In this document: positions 25,648-38,559 of the stretch, piece after piece | Position numbering within the stretch: position 1 is the stretch's first letter | Layout: each line of letters starts with the position of its first letter | Origin: Isurus oxyrinchus | Lineage: Eukaryota | NCBI GenBank assembly: GCA_026770705.1 | Contig: JANJGN010000035.1 | Coordinates: 14,198,001-14,262,000, forward strand | Length of the DNA stretch: 64,000 bases | Direction: 5' to 3' | The notes under the pieces: generated by a model | The model's database searches: none | Told to the model about the DNA's origin: nothing | Seen by the model: only the letters and a program-made list of their open reading frames with translations | Translations under genes and position numbers: made by a program

Positions 25648-26320
25648 TTTTTTCGGCAATATAATCGTTTAAGCCATCTATACTCTTACTTATGTCTTCA
25701 TCATCCTCAAATATATCTCAACTCGCATTGTCAATTTAAATTTGCAGATGTTCGATGGCTATATTATTCCAAACGTTAACCACTTTCTTGACCAGTTTTG
25801 CCATTTTGAGCGTATTTTAGTCCATATTTTTTTCGAGGAGATTCACCCCATTGTGACCTCAATCTCCAATTTCTATCTGAAGCAGAGATTTGTAAGAATC
25901 AGTGCTAGAGCATGGGCCCATTAGCATTTCCTGCGGTTGGGTTTGTCCAAACAGAGTGAGTTACCGACAGTGTACTTCACACCAAGTCACAGTGAACATT
26001 TCATTTCAGGACATCTTTGGTGAAATTGGAGTGGGAGCAGCGAATTCTTGCAATTTTATCATCAACGCCTGTCATCTGTCCTCTGCATTGTCTGGTCAGC
26101 AAGGCAAATTATTTTCTTAACTTTAAAGTGCTTTCATCAACGTCTATTCATATACTTACGTCTCCAGGACCCGCCTCGAGATGTATTTGTAGCAGTTATA
26201 AATCTAGGCTAGATAAATAATCCAATCCATAAAGGTTATTGCGCTCTCTGAGATCTCCGAATTTTGAAAGCTTTCGGCTGAGGCAGAGAACACTCGATTC
26301 CTTGAACCATGACGATAACC
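25648..26320 (-). mobile_element. Rex1/Babar-like LINE endonuclease-linker fossil
   Basis: Single frame TDSYKSLLQIEIGD*GHNGVNLL..KVVNVWNNIAIEHLQI*IDNAS*DIFEDDEDISKSIDGLNDYI. Confidence 0.65.
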
Positions 26321-27029
26321 CTCAGCAACTCCGAATCTCATCAACTTAATTGCTCACTAAGCTCACGTTGGCAATTCCAATGGCTGGAGGTGATGTGCAC
26401 TGCCATCTCGTTTTCCCTCGCCATCTGACGCCTTCTCCCCCGCCCCCTACTTTCTTTCTCCACCTGAACCAAGGCCGCCAACATCCCAAAATTCGAGTTG
26501 CCCCTTGTCAATGAACATCGTCCCTTCCTGTCCGCTTGCCGTCTCCTACCCCATCGGCCTCCAGGACTCTTGGACGTTGAGGTCAGCTCCTCTCGCATGG
26601 TCAATTTGACGAGTTTCACTTGCATGGAGCAGGTTAGTGCAAGCCCAAGAAAGACATGGCATGTCTGACATGGAGCAAAGGGATGGTAGGGGATACATTT
26701 TCAATCACCCCCAGCCTCGGCAGACTCCCCATATCCCAGCCAGTTATTGTTTGCCACACTCCGGTTTTGTCCAGCCTTGGCAGTCACAGTTTAAACTGCC
26801 CTCGGCGGCAACGCTCACCGCTGCCCTGTTGGGTCATACCGCCACCCCACCATCAACATAGAACTTCAGAAACAGTCCCCAAACCACAACAAATAGGCAA
26901 AACGACGGGCAGCGCAAAAGCAGCATCGTCACAATCTCCATGTTCTGTACATTCATGTGCTATTGCAGCCAGATCCGCCTGTACTGCAGCATTCTGTAGC
27001 CTCTCTCTATGTAAAGAGGAAACTGCATG

Positions 27030-28520
27030 TTTTTCATACTTCAGCCAAAGTGGCCAAACTTTTGTTCCCTCACATTATTCTTCATCTGCCAAACTTCTGC
27101 CAAGTCGCTGAACCCATTTCTATCCCTTTGCAGGATATTTGTATCCTACGCAACTTTGTTTACTACCTATCCTCGTATAATCAGCATATGTAGCTAGATT
27201 AGAGCCGATCCCTTCATGCAAGTGATTAATGAAGATCTTGTATTGGTAAATATCAAATAGCGATCTTTGACTACTTTCCTTTTTGCAGCTTGTCACTCTG
27301 TACATGGCCCATTTATTCCGATTCTCTGTTTCCTTACAGTTAGTCTATCCTCTCTTCACGTTAGCACCGTGGGTTCTTATCTTCTGCTTTTCTTTTTATT
27401 TTGCAAATTACTGGATGTCGCTTTATCAGGTAAAACACTTCACCTGCGCATTCCTCTTTATCCAGTCACCATGATGCCTCATCAAAGGACTCTAATTAAC
27501 TACCCAAAGAGGATTTTCCCTTCACCTAGCTACGTTGATTCTGCCGGATTGTAATATGATTTTTGCCAAGTCCTGCAAGTACCACCTTGATAATGTTTCC
27601 CAGCATTTTCCCAGACATTTGACTAACTGCCATATATCTTCCGGTTTTTAGTCTCCTTTATTTTCAATAGTGACGTCATATTTCCGGCTTTCCAAATCCC
27701 TGGGATATTGGCAAATGTTAGGTGATTTTCGAAGATTGCAAACAATTTAACCAGTGTCCCAGCTGCCACTTCCTCAAAGACTCTAGAATACAGAATATAG
27801 AATGCATGGGATCTGTCAGCCTGAAGCACCATTCGTTTTCTAAGTACTATTTCCTCTAATTATAGTGACACATTTAAATGCCTCTTTCCCTCTTTCCCCC
27901 TGCTTCCCTCATGTTCTTGGTATTTTTTTAATGTCTTCCACAGTGAAGACAGAAACGAAATGCCGGCTCAAAGTATTTGCCATTTCTCCTTATGAACTCT
28001 ACAGTCTCTGTCACTCTCTGATGGACAAGCGCTCATCATCACTGCTCTTTTCGTTTTATATATACTTGCAGACGCTTTCACTGCCAGTTTAACATTAGCA
28101 TTTGTTGTTTTTTTTTTCCCCCTCAATTGATATTGTTGCCAAGCGCCCTGATGCATGCAAGACAAAGAGCTTCGACATGACTCATTTTTTGGCAATATTC
28201 ATGATTCATATTTCTCGCTGTTTTTTCTTCTCTCATAACCCAATTTCGGCCTGGTAATTAGCCTCCTTTGCACCTTTCTAAACCCTTTACAACCCTCTGG
28301 CCGACCACTAATTTTTGCATCATTTTACATTTATTTTGATTTCATTGAGATGCCATCCATAATATCCTGCCTTATCCGTCGATAGAACATCCCTCTCGTT
28401 GAGCTTTTCTTCCTCAGTAAAATATATTCTTGCTGAAAGTTGTGATATATCTCCTTTCACGGCGGCCATTGCTTCTCTGGTGTCTAAAACTTTAACTTTA
28501 GTCCTTTTAGCCAAATCTGT
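27030..28520 (-). mobile_element. CR1 LINE RT-region fragment
   Basis: Minus-strand FINHL..YADYT, WKAGNMTSLLK, YFASVFT-like motifs. Confidence 0.8.
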
Positions 28521-28703
28521 TTTCCTGAACTTGTAATTGCATCCACTTAAGTTTAAGGTACTAATTCCAGACACAACTTTCAAAAGCACAAACTGCTTTT
28601 CTGCTGGGAAACGGTGGAGTGCAACAGGGAATCTAGCCCTTCCCACACCAGAATTAAAACTTGTGAAAAAAACTGGTTCCGGGATGAGCGTTGTTCTCTG
28701 CAG

Positions 28704-29900
28704 AAATCAAGAGGTCAACTGATTCTCAACACCCCGATACGTAGAGCAGACTGCAGTTTTGGTGCTCATGTTTAGTTCATAATAGTGTTCCATGTTTTTT
28801 TTTTCCGGTGGAATAATGTTGAAAATGCACGTCTGCGTGTGTATCTTCCTAAACAATGTCTTTGACCGCAAGAAAGAGCCAATGTTCCTCAATTGCTTCC
28901 TGTTTTCACATTCAGTCCTGTACCTATGACGAGTTACTGGGGCCATCGCTGTTTAGATGATAATCGGCAATATGCACATGAGGCACCCACTTTTTCGAGA
29001 AAACTTAACCTGGGTTAGACCTGTGCATTGCAATACCTTCCGTACGTTGTCAATAGTAACCAAAACAAGAGTCAGTACTTTCAGAAAGCTGCACTTATTT
29101 CATTCCAGGGAGTGAATTTGAGATCACGTTATAAGGTAGTGAACATTAACGCCCTACACACCTGCACCCCACCCACCCCCACCCTCTCTCCCTTACAGCC
29201 ATGAAATTACTTGCGATTAATATCCAGATTGCAAAGTCCAAAGTCCGAAGGTAGCAGGCAGTTCAGGCTAATCCAAGAAAAACACAGCACTTTAGCAGAC
29301 CATTTAGCCTGTTGATCCTGTTCCCGTATTGATGTCACAGTTTGTTATGAGTTTAAAGCACAAAATGAACACGTCATTGCTGTATCAGTACTGGAGCACG
29401 GTTCATCTGAACAGGGTATTAATTACAAGTTATTCGACCAGTCGGGGGATGGATTGAGCATGTGATTAAAAATGGAGATGCCGATAAATCAGCTTCTGTT
29501 CCATATCATTATGGGCCCCGACACACAACCAGTTAAAATACAATATTCAAAGATTAGGCTGCCCCTTTTGCCTCCTCGGATCAGCTTGTGGAGATCAGGT
29601 TCAGAATCTGTTTACATAAAGTTCATATTCTTGGCAACAATTGGCCACGACGTTTGATGTCTGGTGAAGAACTCCCAAACATTTTACAAGATTCTGCAGG
29701 GATATAAATTACTAGATTAATAACCAGGTGCCTCCCATTCATAATCTCCAAGACGGAAATCCCCCTACACCAAGTTGGGGGGGGTCAATTTCTGTTTGTG
29801 AAAAGTTATGCAAATGAAAAGCCTTCTATGTGATTTGGGTACCGCAAGGCAAAAGACATCGACAAGCTGAATTCAGAAGCAAAATTTTTATCCACACAGA
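28704..29900 (+). pseudogene. LRR remnants
   Basis: NNVFD, IIGN, LDL, TFRKL, THNQLKY (29521), PFASSDQLVEIR, HILGNN, GNP. Confidence 0.55.
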
Positions 29901-29904
29901 TTGC

Positions 29905-31010
29905 CTGTAATGAGTTGCTTTATACCTTCTACCCTCCGGGAAAAATGGTGCCACATAAGCAGTCATCCAGCCCTTTGGCCCCTCTCCTGTGGCCGGAGTG
30001 GATTTGAGAATTTGACTCAGAGCCCCTACCATAAGCCACCTTTCTTTCCTTGCCCAATCGTTGACATCAACTATTCCATGGATTTGCTGGTCTTACCTTT
30101 CACCTTTCAGGTACTTGTTGGCGCCGAAGTATCACGATGTCCTTTTGAATGTCCCTCCTACAGATCTGTAATAAACTTTCTTACAAGTAGCTCACCACAG
30201 TCCACTCGGCCTGCTTCTGTTTTTTCGTATTTGAATTGGCCTTCCCCAAATTCCCGACCGTTATTTCATGTCCTTCTTTGGCCTTTTCCATAACTATTTT
30301 AAATCTTACAGAGTTATGGTCACTATCGCTGACATGCTTCCCCACTAATACTTCCACCTCTTTCCTGCCTTCATTCACAAGATTAGAGAGAGTACCACCC
30401 CTTCTTCCATAGGAATTTCTGCATGCTGGCTCAATAAACTCTCAAGCATGCACTCTAAGAATTCCACCCCCTATAAGCCCTTAACACCAAGGCTATCCCA
30501 GTTAAGATCGGGTAATTTCGAAGCAGTTACTATTATTATCAAGTTATTTTTAGACTTCTCTGAGAATTGCCTCCATATCTGCTCTCTTCTCCACTGACTG
30601 TTTTGCAGCCCTTAAGTACACTCCCAGCAAAATGATTGTCCCCTTTTTGTTTCTAGGTTCCACCCATATGTCTTATTTTGATGAACCATTTAAAATACAT
30701 TCCTTCCTTATAGTAGTTACTGACCTACACTTTTACTTCTCCAAAACGCCTCCCCCGTAACATCTTATGTTTCTATGTCCTGGAATATTGAGTTGACCGT
30801 CCTGCCCTTCCCTCAAACGTGTCTCTGTGATAGCAACAACATAATATTCCCACATGTTAAAATAGATGCAATTCTGCCTTGCATGATTCATTTGGATCTT
30901 AGCCGGTCTATATTTGCTCTGCCTTCCAGGCTATCTTAGATTCTCTTCCATTTTTGTATGTTCATCACACCCTACAGCAGCTCCCCTCTATACCCTATCG
31001 CGCTGCACTC
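29905..31010 (-). mobile_element. CR1 LINE endonuclease-to-RT fragment
   Basis: VGKHVSDSDHNSVRFKIVMEK; WMTAYVAPFF..GRR. Confidence 0.85.
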
Positions 31011-31249
31011 CTTATCACAAACAAACATGCTCGATTAACAAAATCAGGGACAAATTAGAAGGAAATTATTTGAAAGGAAAATTGCAAAACTGTAGATGAA
31101 CAAGTTAATCCCACAGTTCTGGGCTCAGACTGAGTCAGCGCAGTGGAATTTCCCACAGCCTCCCCCCACCCAACCTATGCCATGAATTCAGCAAAAATAT
31201 CAGTTCGCCCCCCCCAGCCTCCCAAACCCGCATCACAGGAGGATGACTG

Positions 31250-31590
31250 GTATTTCCAGTAGCTAATATTAGAGCGCAAATGTCTTGAGGAATGGAAGAG
31301 CAGGTCGGATGATGAAATTTCAATTCAAAGCCCAATGATGACTATGAAACCAGTGCCAATTAGCGTAACAAGCCCATCAGCTTCACTAATCCTCTTTAGG
31401 GAATGAACCTGTCGTTTTCACCTGGTCCATTCGACATGTGACCCGAGGCCGACAGCAACGTGGTAGACAATTAAGTGTGCATTGAACATGGGACAATTAG
31501 CTATGGGCAACGATTACTGGCCTGGCCAGCGGCAACCACACACCAATTGCGAATTTAAAAAAGAATATCGACGTTTTAAAAAAAAACATG
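31250..31590 (+). mobile_element. tRNA-head SINE
   Basis: CTTCACTAATCCTCTTTAGGGAA..ACAGCAACGTGGTAGAC..CTGGCCTGGCCAGCG. Confidence 0.7.
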
Positions 31591-31879
31591 AAAAGTTCAC
31601 CTCTTTTTCGAGGAGCACAATTTGCATCATTACGAAGATGGGATTCGGAAAATTTGTGAACTAACAGGACTTTAAAAAGTAACGTTCCAATGGTGTGGAA
31701 TCCGTCACAATTTTTAAACCTTGCTTAAAGTGATATTTATTGGGGTTTTTTTAATTATTTTTTTAACTTGCGCTTTTAATTGATGTTAATGATACAATAA
31801 TGAGGACAAGATGCAGTCACATGCAGAACAGGCAGCGCCGTTATTTAGACAATAGTGGGTCACACGCAAGCTGGTTTGT

Positions 31880-32190
31880 ATGAAAATAGCAAAATCCTAC
31901 GAAACATGGAAAACTGAAATGAAAGTACAAAATGCTGGAAGCAGTCAGCAAGTCTCACAACAGCACTTGAGACAGGAACAGAGTTAACATTTCGAGTACC
32001 TCGATAGCTCTGTATTTCTCTGCACTCATATTTATGAAACTGCACTCTCCAATTTTAATGCGGAGGTCAAATCTTTTCCTTGAAGTGAAAAAGAAAATGC
32101 TGATAAAACACAGCAGGTCTGGTAGCATGTGTGGACAGAGGAACAGAGTAAACTTTTCGAGGCCATGGGACTCGACCCTCGATGGTCTTT
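31880..32190 (-). mobile_element. Two adjacent Penelope terminal repeat remnants
   Basis: AAATGCTG..CAGCA..CAGAGTTAACATTTCGAG-like motif twice. Confidence 0.7.
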
Positions 32191-32659
32191 AACCTTTCAA
32201 GAAATTAACCCTGATCCCAAGATCATGAAGCTCATGACGTTAGATTCTGGCAGGAAGACTGATTATGATGATACCTTGAGTTCAGTCAATCGTTAGCTCT
32301 GAACTCCAAGCATATCTAATAACATTCGGACAGTTTGAGCTCACCTTCTAATGTAACCCCCATGAATTGCTTCTCCGGAAGAAGAGGTGGGGGGCAGTTG
32401 GTGGTGGGGCAAGTATCATTTCCCCACTCACATCACCTAACGCAGCCACCACAATATTTGTTTCAAATATCAATTGTTCTCCGCTGTGTTAAATTGACAG
32501 TTTAACTCCAGGGAGAATAGAGCGATTGCAATTACTGCTGGAGATCTGGTCACCCAACATAAACCTACATTTCAGCAGGTCAGTCTGTTGAACGAGGCGA
32601 CATATGTGGACAGGAAAGAGCAGGGTCATAGTCAGTCGCTTATTATCATTAACTGACAC

Positions 32660-33360
32660 TCCATCAACGCAAGCTCCAGTCCAACCAACAGCAGTCCCAC
32701 CCTACCGCAACACAACCCCTCATCCCTGCCCACAAAACACACCAAATACCCCACGCACCAATAATCTGCCCCCTCCTTCCAAAATCTCCAAACATCAATG
32801 TCACCACACTTCCCACCTCCTGCTCCCTACAACCCCCGCCCAACAAAAGCCACCCATCCACTCCCCACAACACCACCCCCCCACCAACCCCGCCCACCAA
32901 CAATACCCAATCCACAACAAACTCACTGCCTCCAAGCCATCAATAACGCCTGATCCATCTCAGTGTAACAGCCTCCTCCATAGCCCCCAAGCCCATCAAA
33001 CCCTCATGACACACCCAGCACCACACACTTCTCCATGCCCCACAAACCAGCAACAACCCCACAATCGACATTCGTCCCTCCATTCTACCCACGACACCCA
33101 AACAAAAGACTCATCCACTCCACAACATCGGTAACTCCATACCACCCCCCACCTACCAACACAACCCCAACCTCCCCAAGCCAATCCCATTCTGCCTGCC
33201 ACCATCAATACCACCTCACTCACCCAAAAAGCAAACCATCCTCCCTACCAAACCCAGCCAACTAGCATCCAATCATTCAGCATCCCCCAACACAATCCCC
33301 TCCTCCATGACACATCGGCCACCTCCTCCATGCAACCACACCTGACACCGCCCAGTATAC
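32660..33360. repeat. C/A-rich low-complexity tract
   Basis: CCCAC/CACCA runs, G-poor. Confidence 0.85.
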
Positions 33361-33364
33361 CCAA

Positions 33365-33500
33365 GAGAAAAGCAAAATAATGCGGATGCTGGAAACCTGA
33401 AACAAAATCAGAAATGCAGGAAGAACCCAGACAGTCTGGCAGCATCGGTGGAGAGAGGGACAAAATTGGCATTTCGAGTCCGTATCACTCTCCTGCGATG
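33365..33500 (-). mobile_element. Penelope terminal repeat remnant
   Basis: TGCGGATGCTGGAAACCTGAAAC..TCTGGCAGCATCGGTGGAGAG..TTTCGAGTCCG. Confidence 0.75.
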
Positions 33501-33814
33501 TTCTACTGTATACAGATAAAACATCTCTTTAATGCTGACTTATCCCCCATATGGAGGTGTTGCTCATTATCTTTTTTTGTTGAATTTCCACACTGAGACT
33601 CCAAGCTGTGTCTCAGTACCCACAACGCGGCTATAGACTGAATGCCACAATTTTTTTCAGATCCTGCTATCGTATCAAATGCACTATTGGATCATTGCAT
33701 TGCACTTCCCCCCCCCCCCCCCCACCCCCACCAATGGGAGTTCGGATAATGTTTCCAGCAACATCTGGGTAGCTCAGTGAAATGCTATATGAATTTGATC
33801 ATCTCCACCTGAGA

Positions 33815-34660
33815 GAAGCAGTTCATGTCCAAAGGCAGCAAGATCTGGACAATAACCAAGCTTGGGCTAAGAAGTGGAAAATAACATTCGCGCTACACAA
33901 CTGTCAGGTAATGACAATGTCCAACAAGAGAGAAACCAACCATCACCCCTAGACTTTCAACAGCATTACCATTAGTGAATTTTCAACTATCAACATCCTG
34001 GGGTGTACCATTAATCAAAAACTGAATTAGACGAGCCATATAGACACCCTGGCTACCGGAGCAGAGTCGAGGAACCCTGTGGCGAGTAGCTCACCTCCTG
34101 ATTCGCCAAAGACTGTCCACCATCTAGAAGGCACCAGTCAGGAGTTTGATGGAACAACCCCCCTTGCCTGGATGAGTGCAGCTCCCACAAAACACAAGAA
34201 GCTTTGCACAAAACAAGTAAAATCATCCCTCGTGATTGGCACCCCATACAAAAATATTTACACCCACCACCTCAGACGCACAGTAACACCAGTGTATAGC
34301 ATCCAGAAGAGGCACTTCAAGCATTCACCAAGGCTCCTAAGGCAGCATATTTCTAACCCACGAACACTACCATATTGATGGAAAATGCAGCAAATAGATG
34401 GGAACAACACCACCTGGAAATTACCTTCCAAGTCAACCACCACACTGACTTGGGAATATATCAAACGTTCCATCAATGTTGCTGGGACAAGATCCATGAA
34501 CTCCTTTACTCATATTAATTTTGGGGTACCTACACCACAAGGACTGCAGCGGTTCAAAAAGGCAGCTCAACTCAAGCTTCTCAAGGTGCAATTATGAGTG
34601 GGGAAAACATTTGGCACAGCCAGCGAAGTCCACATCCTGTGAATGAATTAAATAAAAAAA
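33815..34660 (+). mobile_element. LINE (CR1/L2 group) 3' ~850 bp
   Basis: QQDLDN.QAWA.KW..TF; tail GGACTGCAGCGGTTCAAAAAGGCAGCTCA..GAATGAATTAAATAAAA. Confidence 0.85.
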
Positions 34661-34679
34661 ATGAGTGTTAATTTTTCTA

Positions 34680-35896
34680 TCTCTGGTTGTTCGAAGATTG
34701 GTGGGTTAAACATCAGAAGTGAATGAATTGATACACATGTTTGACGCTGAGCTCTTCTTTTGTTACTTTGATGTTTGGAACTATTTGTAACATAATCTAT
34801 GTCTGTTCCCTGAAGAGAGGGAACACATCCAGTCTTAATTATTCAAGTACTGATTCATCAATTTGGGTATATCGCAATGTAAAATTATAACAATAATAGC
34901 TCTTCTAGGTGTTCAAGCTACATAATCCAAAATTTGCACAATGAAACAACACTATTTAATTCAACGTGCTGTGTCACAGCATCCATACAAAATGTAAAGT
35001 CTCAATTCGTTTTAATTTAAGGGGAGAGAATTTCATGAGTACCAGATGGAATTTAAAATTAAATAAAACACGAGACACGTTAAGTTTGCTGATAGGGCTT
35101 GAGATTGACGGACAAATGTCAAACAGACTGCAGAGGTCACAAAGGATATGAGATACGGATCGAATGGAGGGCATTTTTGGAAAAAAATAATCGTTCACGG
35201 AACGTGGGCTAGGTCAGCATATATTGCTCCTCCCTCATTGTCCTCATTCAAGGGGCATTTAAGAGTCAGCCATGTAGGCTAGAAGAGGTTAATTGATTGG
35301 TTCACTAACAGCTTCGTGGTCATCAGAACATTTGCAGCTCCTGGTTTTTTTTATTATGATTGGATTCGAATTCGAATTCCATGACTCGCTTCTCCGGGAT
35401 TTTAAACCATATCATCATGATATTTATCCTGATACTCCATTATTACAAATCAGGAACAATGACACTATGCTGCCAGTGCCTACCCTTCTTCTGCGTTAAG
35501 ACCACGATTGGAGAAGAACGTTTGTTTCAGTGACAGGAAAGCATTAAATTCTAATCTTCAATGAAAGTGATAAAAATCAGGACAAAAATAACATCATTGT
35601 AGATGTGTCGGTAACTCACTGAGTAGCTCACAAAACTGCAATCCTTAGCTATATTACCATGTAAACTTGTGCCTCGTTTACAACATAATGAAAGATTGGC
35701 ATGTTGACATCTGTGAAAGTGCCCTGTTATTCACTAAGGGGATGTGGCTTGTCTTCATGTGGGTGTTCGACACTGCACTGGTCACAGCAGGGGTGCATCA
35801 CCAGCTCCCATATTAGGTTACTATGCAGTCGAAGCGAAGGCCCAGTGAGACCCACACTGCCACACCCATTACCAACAAGAAGAGAAGCCAAGCCAG
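34680..35896 (+). pseudogene. Last LRRs, LRR C-terminal cap and Pro/Thr linker (SINE at ~35180-35480)
   Basis: DAELF, NLGISQ.KI, LTKLQSL (35627), ICES-P.YSLRG (35709-35742), RPTLPHPLPT. Confidence 0.55.
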
Positions 35897-36143
35897 GTGC
35901 TCAGTTGTAAATGGAAGATTCGGGTGCAAGTATGTTACAGACACGTGTCTTATTGCTTTATTCTTCCTCAGGTCACAATTTTAACAGGCAACTCCTTAGG
36001 CCAATGCATGTATCGTCTTATATTGACTTCCCCTCTCCATTCAAAGCTAAAACAAATGTTTAACTTTTACATCGGCGACAAACTGTCCGAAAACTAAATA
36101 TTCTCTTCACAGCCTGGCCTGTTTGTCTCCATTCTCTCACCAG

Positions 36144-36543
36144 CTCCTCAGACTGCGGGTGCCAGTACTTTTTGTTTTCTGCAGAAGATGTGTCCATGTC
36201 AAAATACCTCACTGGGGAATTAGGAATGCCTGAAGGAAAAAAGATGCACTAATAAGGACGCCTGTGATGGTGGTTAGGTATGGCAATCGAGATTTCATGT
36301 GCCCTTATGATACCGAAAAATAAAGACGCATTTATCAGCGTTTAAAAAGGTCCAAAACAATCAGCACAGAAAAACTTATTTTGGGCGGACGGATTCCATT
36401 TGAATCCCTCTTACCTGTATTCTGTATCGAGGCTGTATTGGGGGCAGACAACCTCGGCTTGGATTTTCTGTGGAACATATTTGAACAGAAAAGCCTTATT
36501 GGTGCACAGCAGATAATCAAACATTTAATATTTCTGTTTTTCC
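36144..36543 (+). pseudogene. SRCR pseudo-exon
   Basis: CTCTCACCAG acceptor; LRL-GASTFC..HWGI..NKDA..WLG-YG..TYFG..SI*..GCIG..PYWC..FC. Confidence 0.6.
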
Positions 36544-36744
36544 GTGTGTGCTGATCGTTTTACAACATGTCACCAGTTTATTCCGTTAAGGCGTGTTACA
36601 TCAGTTGCAAAAGGAAATCGGCTTGTTTTTCACACAATTATTGCAATAAATAAAGCAATGTGAGGGGAGCATTTATGAAATTAATAAAGGTAGGAAAGCC
36701 AATTGCAGTAAATTCTGTATATGCTCCATGAACTTGCCTCTTAG

Positions 36745-37345
36745 ATTACGTCCAGCAACTGGTTATTATAAATACAGTAAACAGAATGCAGATTAAGGAC
36801 ACTGTCATATACCAAATATATTCAAACAAAATTATACATGAAGATTCCATCAGTGCATTTATTTGTCTTTTTTTTATAATGGACAATGCAACGTCACATT
36901 GAATAACTATACCCCTTATAACTGTTTTATTATGATTACTATTACCATCATCATTATCAAACAAAGGAGGTAAATTCAACTGATTATTATAATTGCATTT
37001 AACAGGATACACAATTAGGGCATTATATAATTCTATATAATTTCCAACGAAATTAGGCGCCAAGGTTCCATGCATGCAATTATTTGTGTAATCTTCTAGA
37101 ATGGACGTCAAACTATATACCATACCATTTACGAATGTATTATTATGATTATTCTTGCCATCACCATTATTACGCACTGGATGAAACATCCGATGGACTA
37201 TTTAAACGGGCCTGCATTTGTAGAACAAATTGGACTGTCCTGGAAACTTTAGTTCTGTTGAAAACTGCGGCAAAAATATAATTGGATATAGCAGATTCCT
37301 CGAATTTCAGGACATATGTTGGACACATGAAGAAAAAATAGGTCA
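36745..37345 (+). pseudogene. SRCR pseudo-exon with a Tyr/His-rich duplicated insert
   Basis: LRPATG..YS-RMQI..AFIC..[insert]..NGPAFVEQ-LDCPGNFSSVENC..DICWTHEEKIG. Confidence 0.65.
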
Positions 37346-37716
37346 GAACTGAATGAATAAAGCAAATCTTTCGATTCACAAGAAGTCAATTCCTCCAGCT
37401 GTTAAAAAAAGTTCCCTTTGGAGGCGCAATGTCTTAGGTTATATTGAGCTGAGCTATCAACACATTCAACACTGTGGTTCATGAAAAAGTGATTGAAATT
37501 AGCACAAACTTTACCCAAGTTACATAAATGTCAGATTCACTACGTTCGAACTTGGTGAACTGGCAAAATTTATCATTATGCTTTCGGTGCCATATCGTTT
37601 ATAATGTCACAAAATTCCGTGAGCAACTTTTGATGTCAGAAGGAATATGATTCAGCCATTATTAAGCCAAATGCTCGCAAGTTAATCTCTGTCCAAATAT
37701 TCTTCTTTTCACTTAG

Positions 37717-38219
37717 GGTATATTGCTGTTCCATAAAATAAAACATGTCTGAATCACTGAACAAAGAAACCGGGCGCATCATTCACCATGACCACCCCCA
37801 ACCTGGTACCTCGGATGACCTGGTGAGTCACTGAAGCTCCCAGATTCATTCAATAACCGGAGAAGTACTCAGCCAAGAGATTACGCTGGAACATCCGAAA
37901 GCTCTGGGTATAGGATTAAATTATTTTTTAAATGCTAAAATTAGTCATATTCGCATGGGTTAAAATCTTAGCAGGTAATGTTACAGAGTCAATATACAAT
38001 GAGCAAAATGGTGCTCACAGTTATCTGTAAGAACAGCATGAAATAGATGTTAACATGGCCTCCCTTTCTTCACCACAGTTATATGGCGTTTATAATTTCA
38101 ATAGGAATACAAATCAACAAATGTGTCATTATATTTCGAACCTAGATTTCTATTTAATGTTCATTTAAAGTTCCCCCCTTGACAACACTGAGTTGGTCTT
38201 CCATGTCGATCCACCACAG
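37717..38219 (+). pseudogene. CUB domain pseudo-exons (probable intron 37975-38078)
   Basis: TEAPRFIQ*PEKYSAKRLRWNIR-GYRIKLFFK; GTAATG donor and CTTCACCACAG acceptor. Confidence 0.7.
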
Positions 38220-38559
38220 GTTCTGTGCCGAAGATGCTCCCAGAAATTTATTGTCAAGTAAATGCAGATTTCGAGCCAGCGAGGGTGAGGGAAAGATCAT
38301 TTATTTCCAAGTGAGAATGTTGTCTGATTTAGTATGTGTCTTGGAGATGCTAACACTCCCAAAGGCTTCTTGCCGCTATTAGTTGCAGGTTTCTTAGCTG
38401 CTGTCCGCAATACATCGATGGCTTCACAGATTTTATCCTGCAGACGGAGCACAATGCATTCGACATTCCACCATTGTTGGAGGAGTGATTGTTTGAACTT
38501 ATCACGACTCTATGTGTTAATGACTTAACACAGGGTCTTTTATAAGATTTGTTCACTGA

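Larger units (their letters stand above)
31020..33800 (+). pseudogene. Patchy LRR remnants between repeats
   Basis: SINKIR, FGKFVN*QDF, NLSRN, KLMTLD, SISNNIRT, LFSAVLN..ENR, KLCLSTHN. Confidence 0.5.
41..38219 (+). pseudogene. Decayed giant LRR-SRCR-CUB mosaic gene, unit A
   Basis: Many + strand LRR motifs, an LRRCT, SRCR and CUB remnants, several with AG/GT boundaries. All are broken by stops, frameshifts and TE insertions. Confidence 0.72.

Noticed and set aside
32604-33265. Pro/His/Thr-rich mucin-like ORFs
   Set aside because: C/A low-complexity DNA open in several frames with no supported splice structure
33580-33650. Faint minus-strand tRNA-like sequence
   Set aside because: Too few matches and no cloverleaf
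36746-37189. 147-aa minus-strand Asn-rich ORF
   Set aside because: Antisense shadow of the + strand SRCR exon and its TAT/CAT-rich insert
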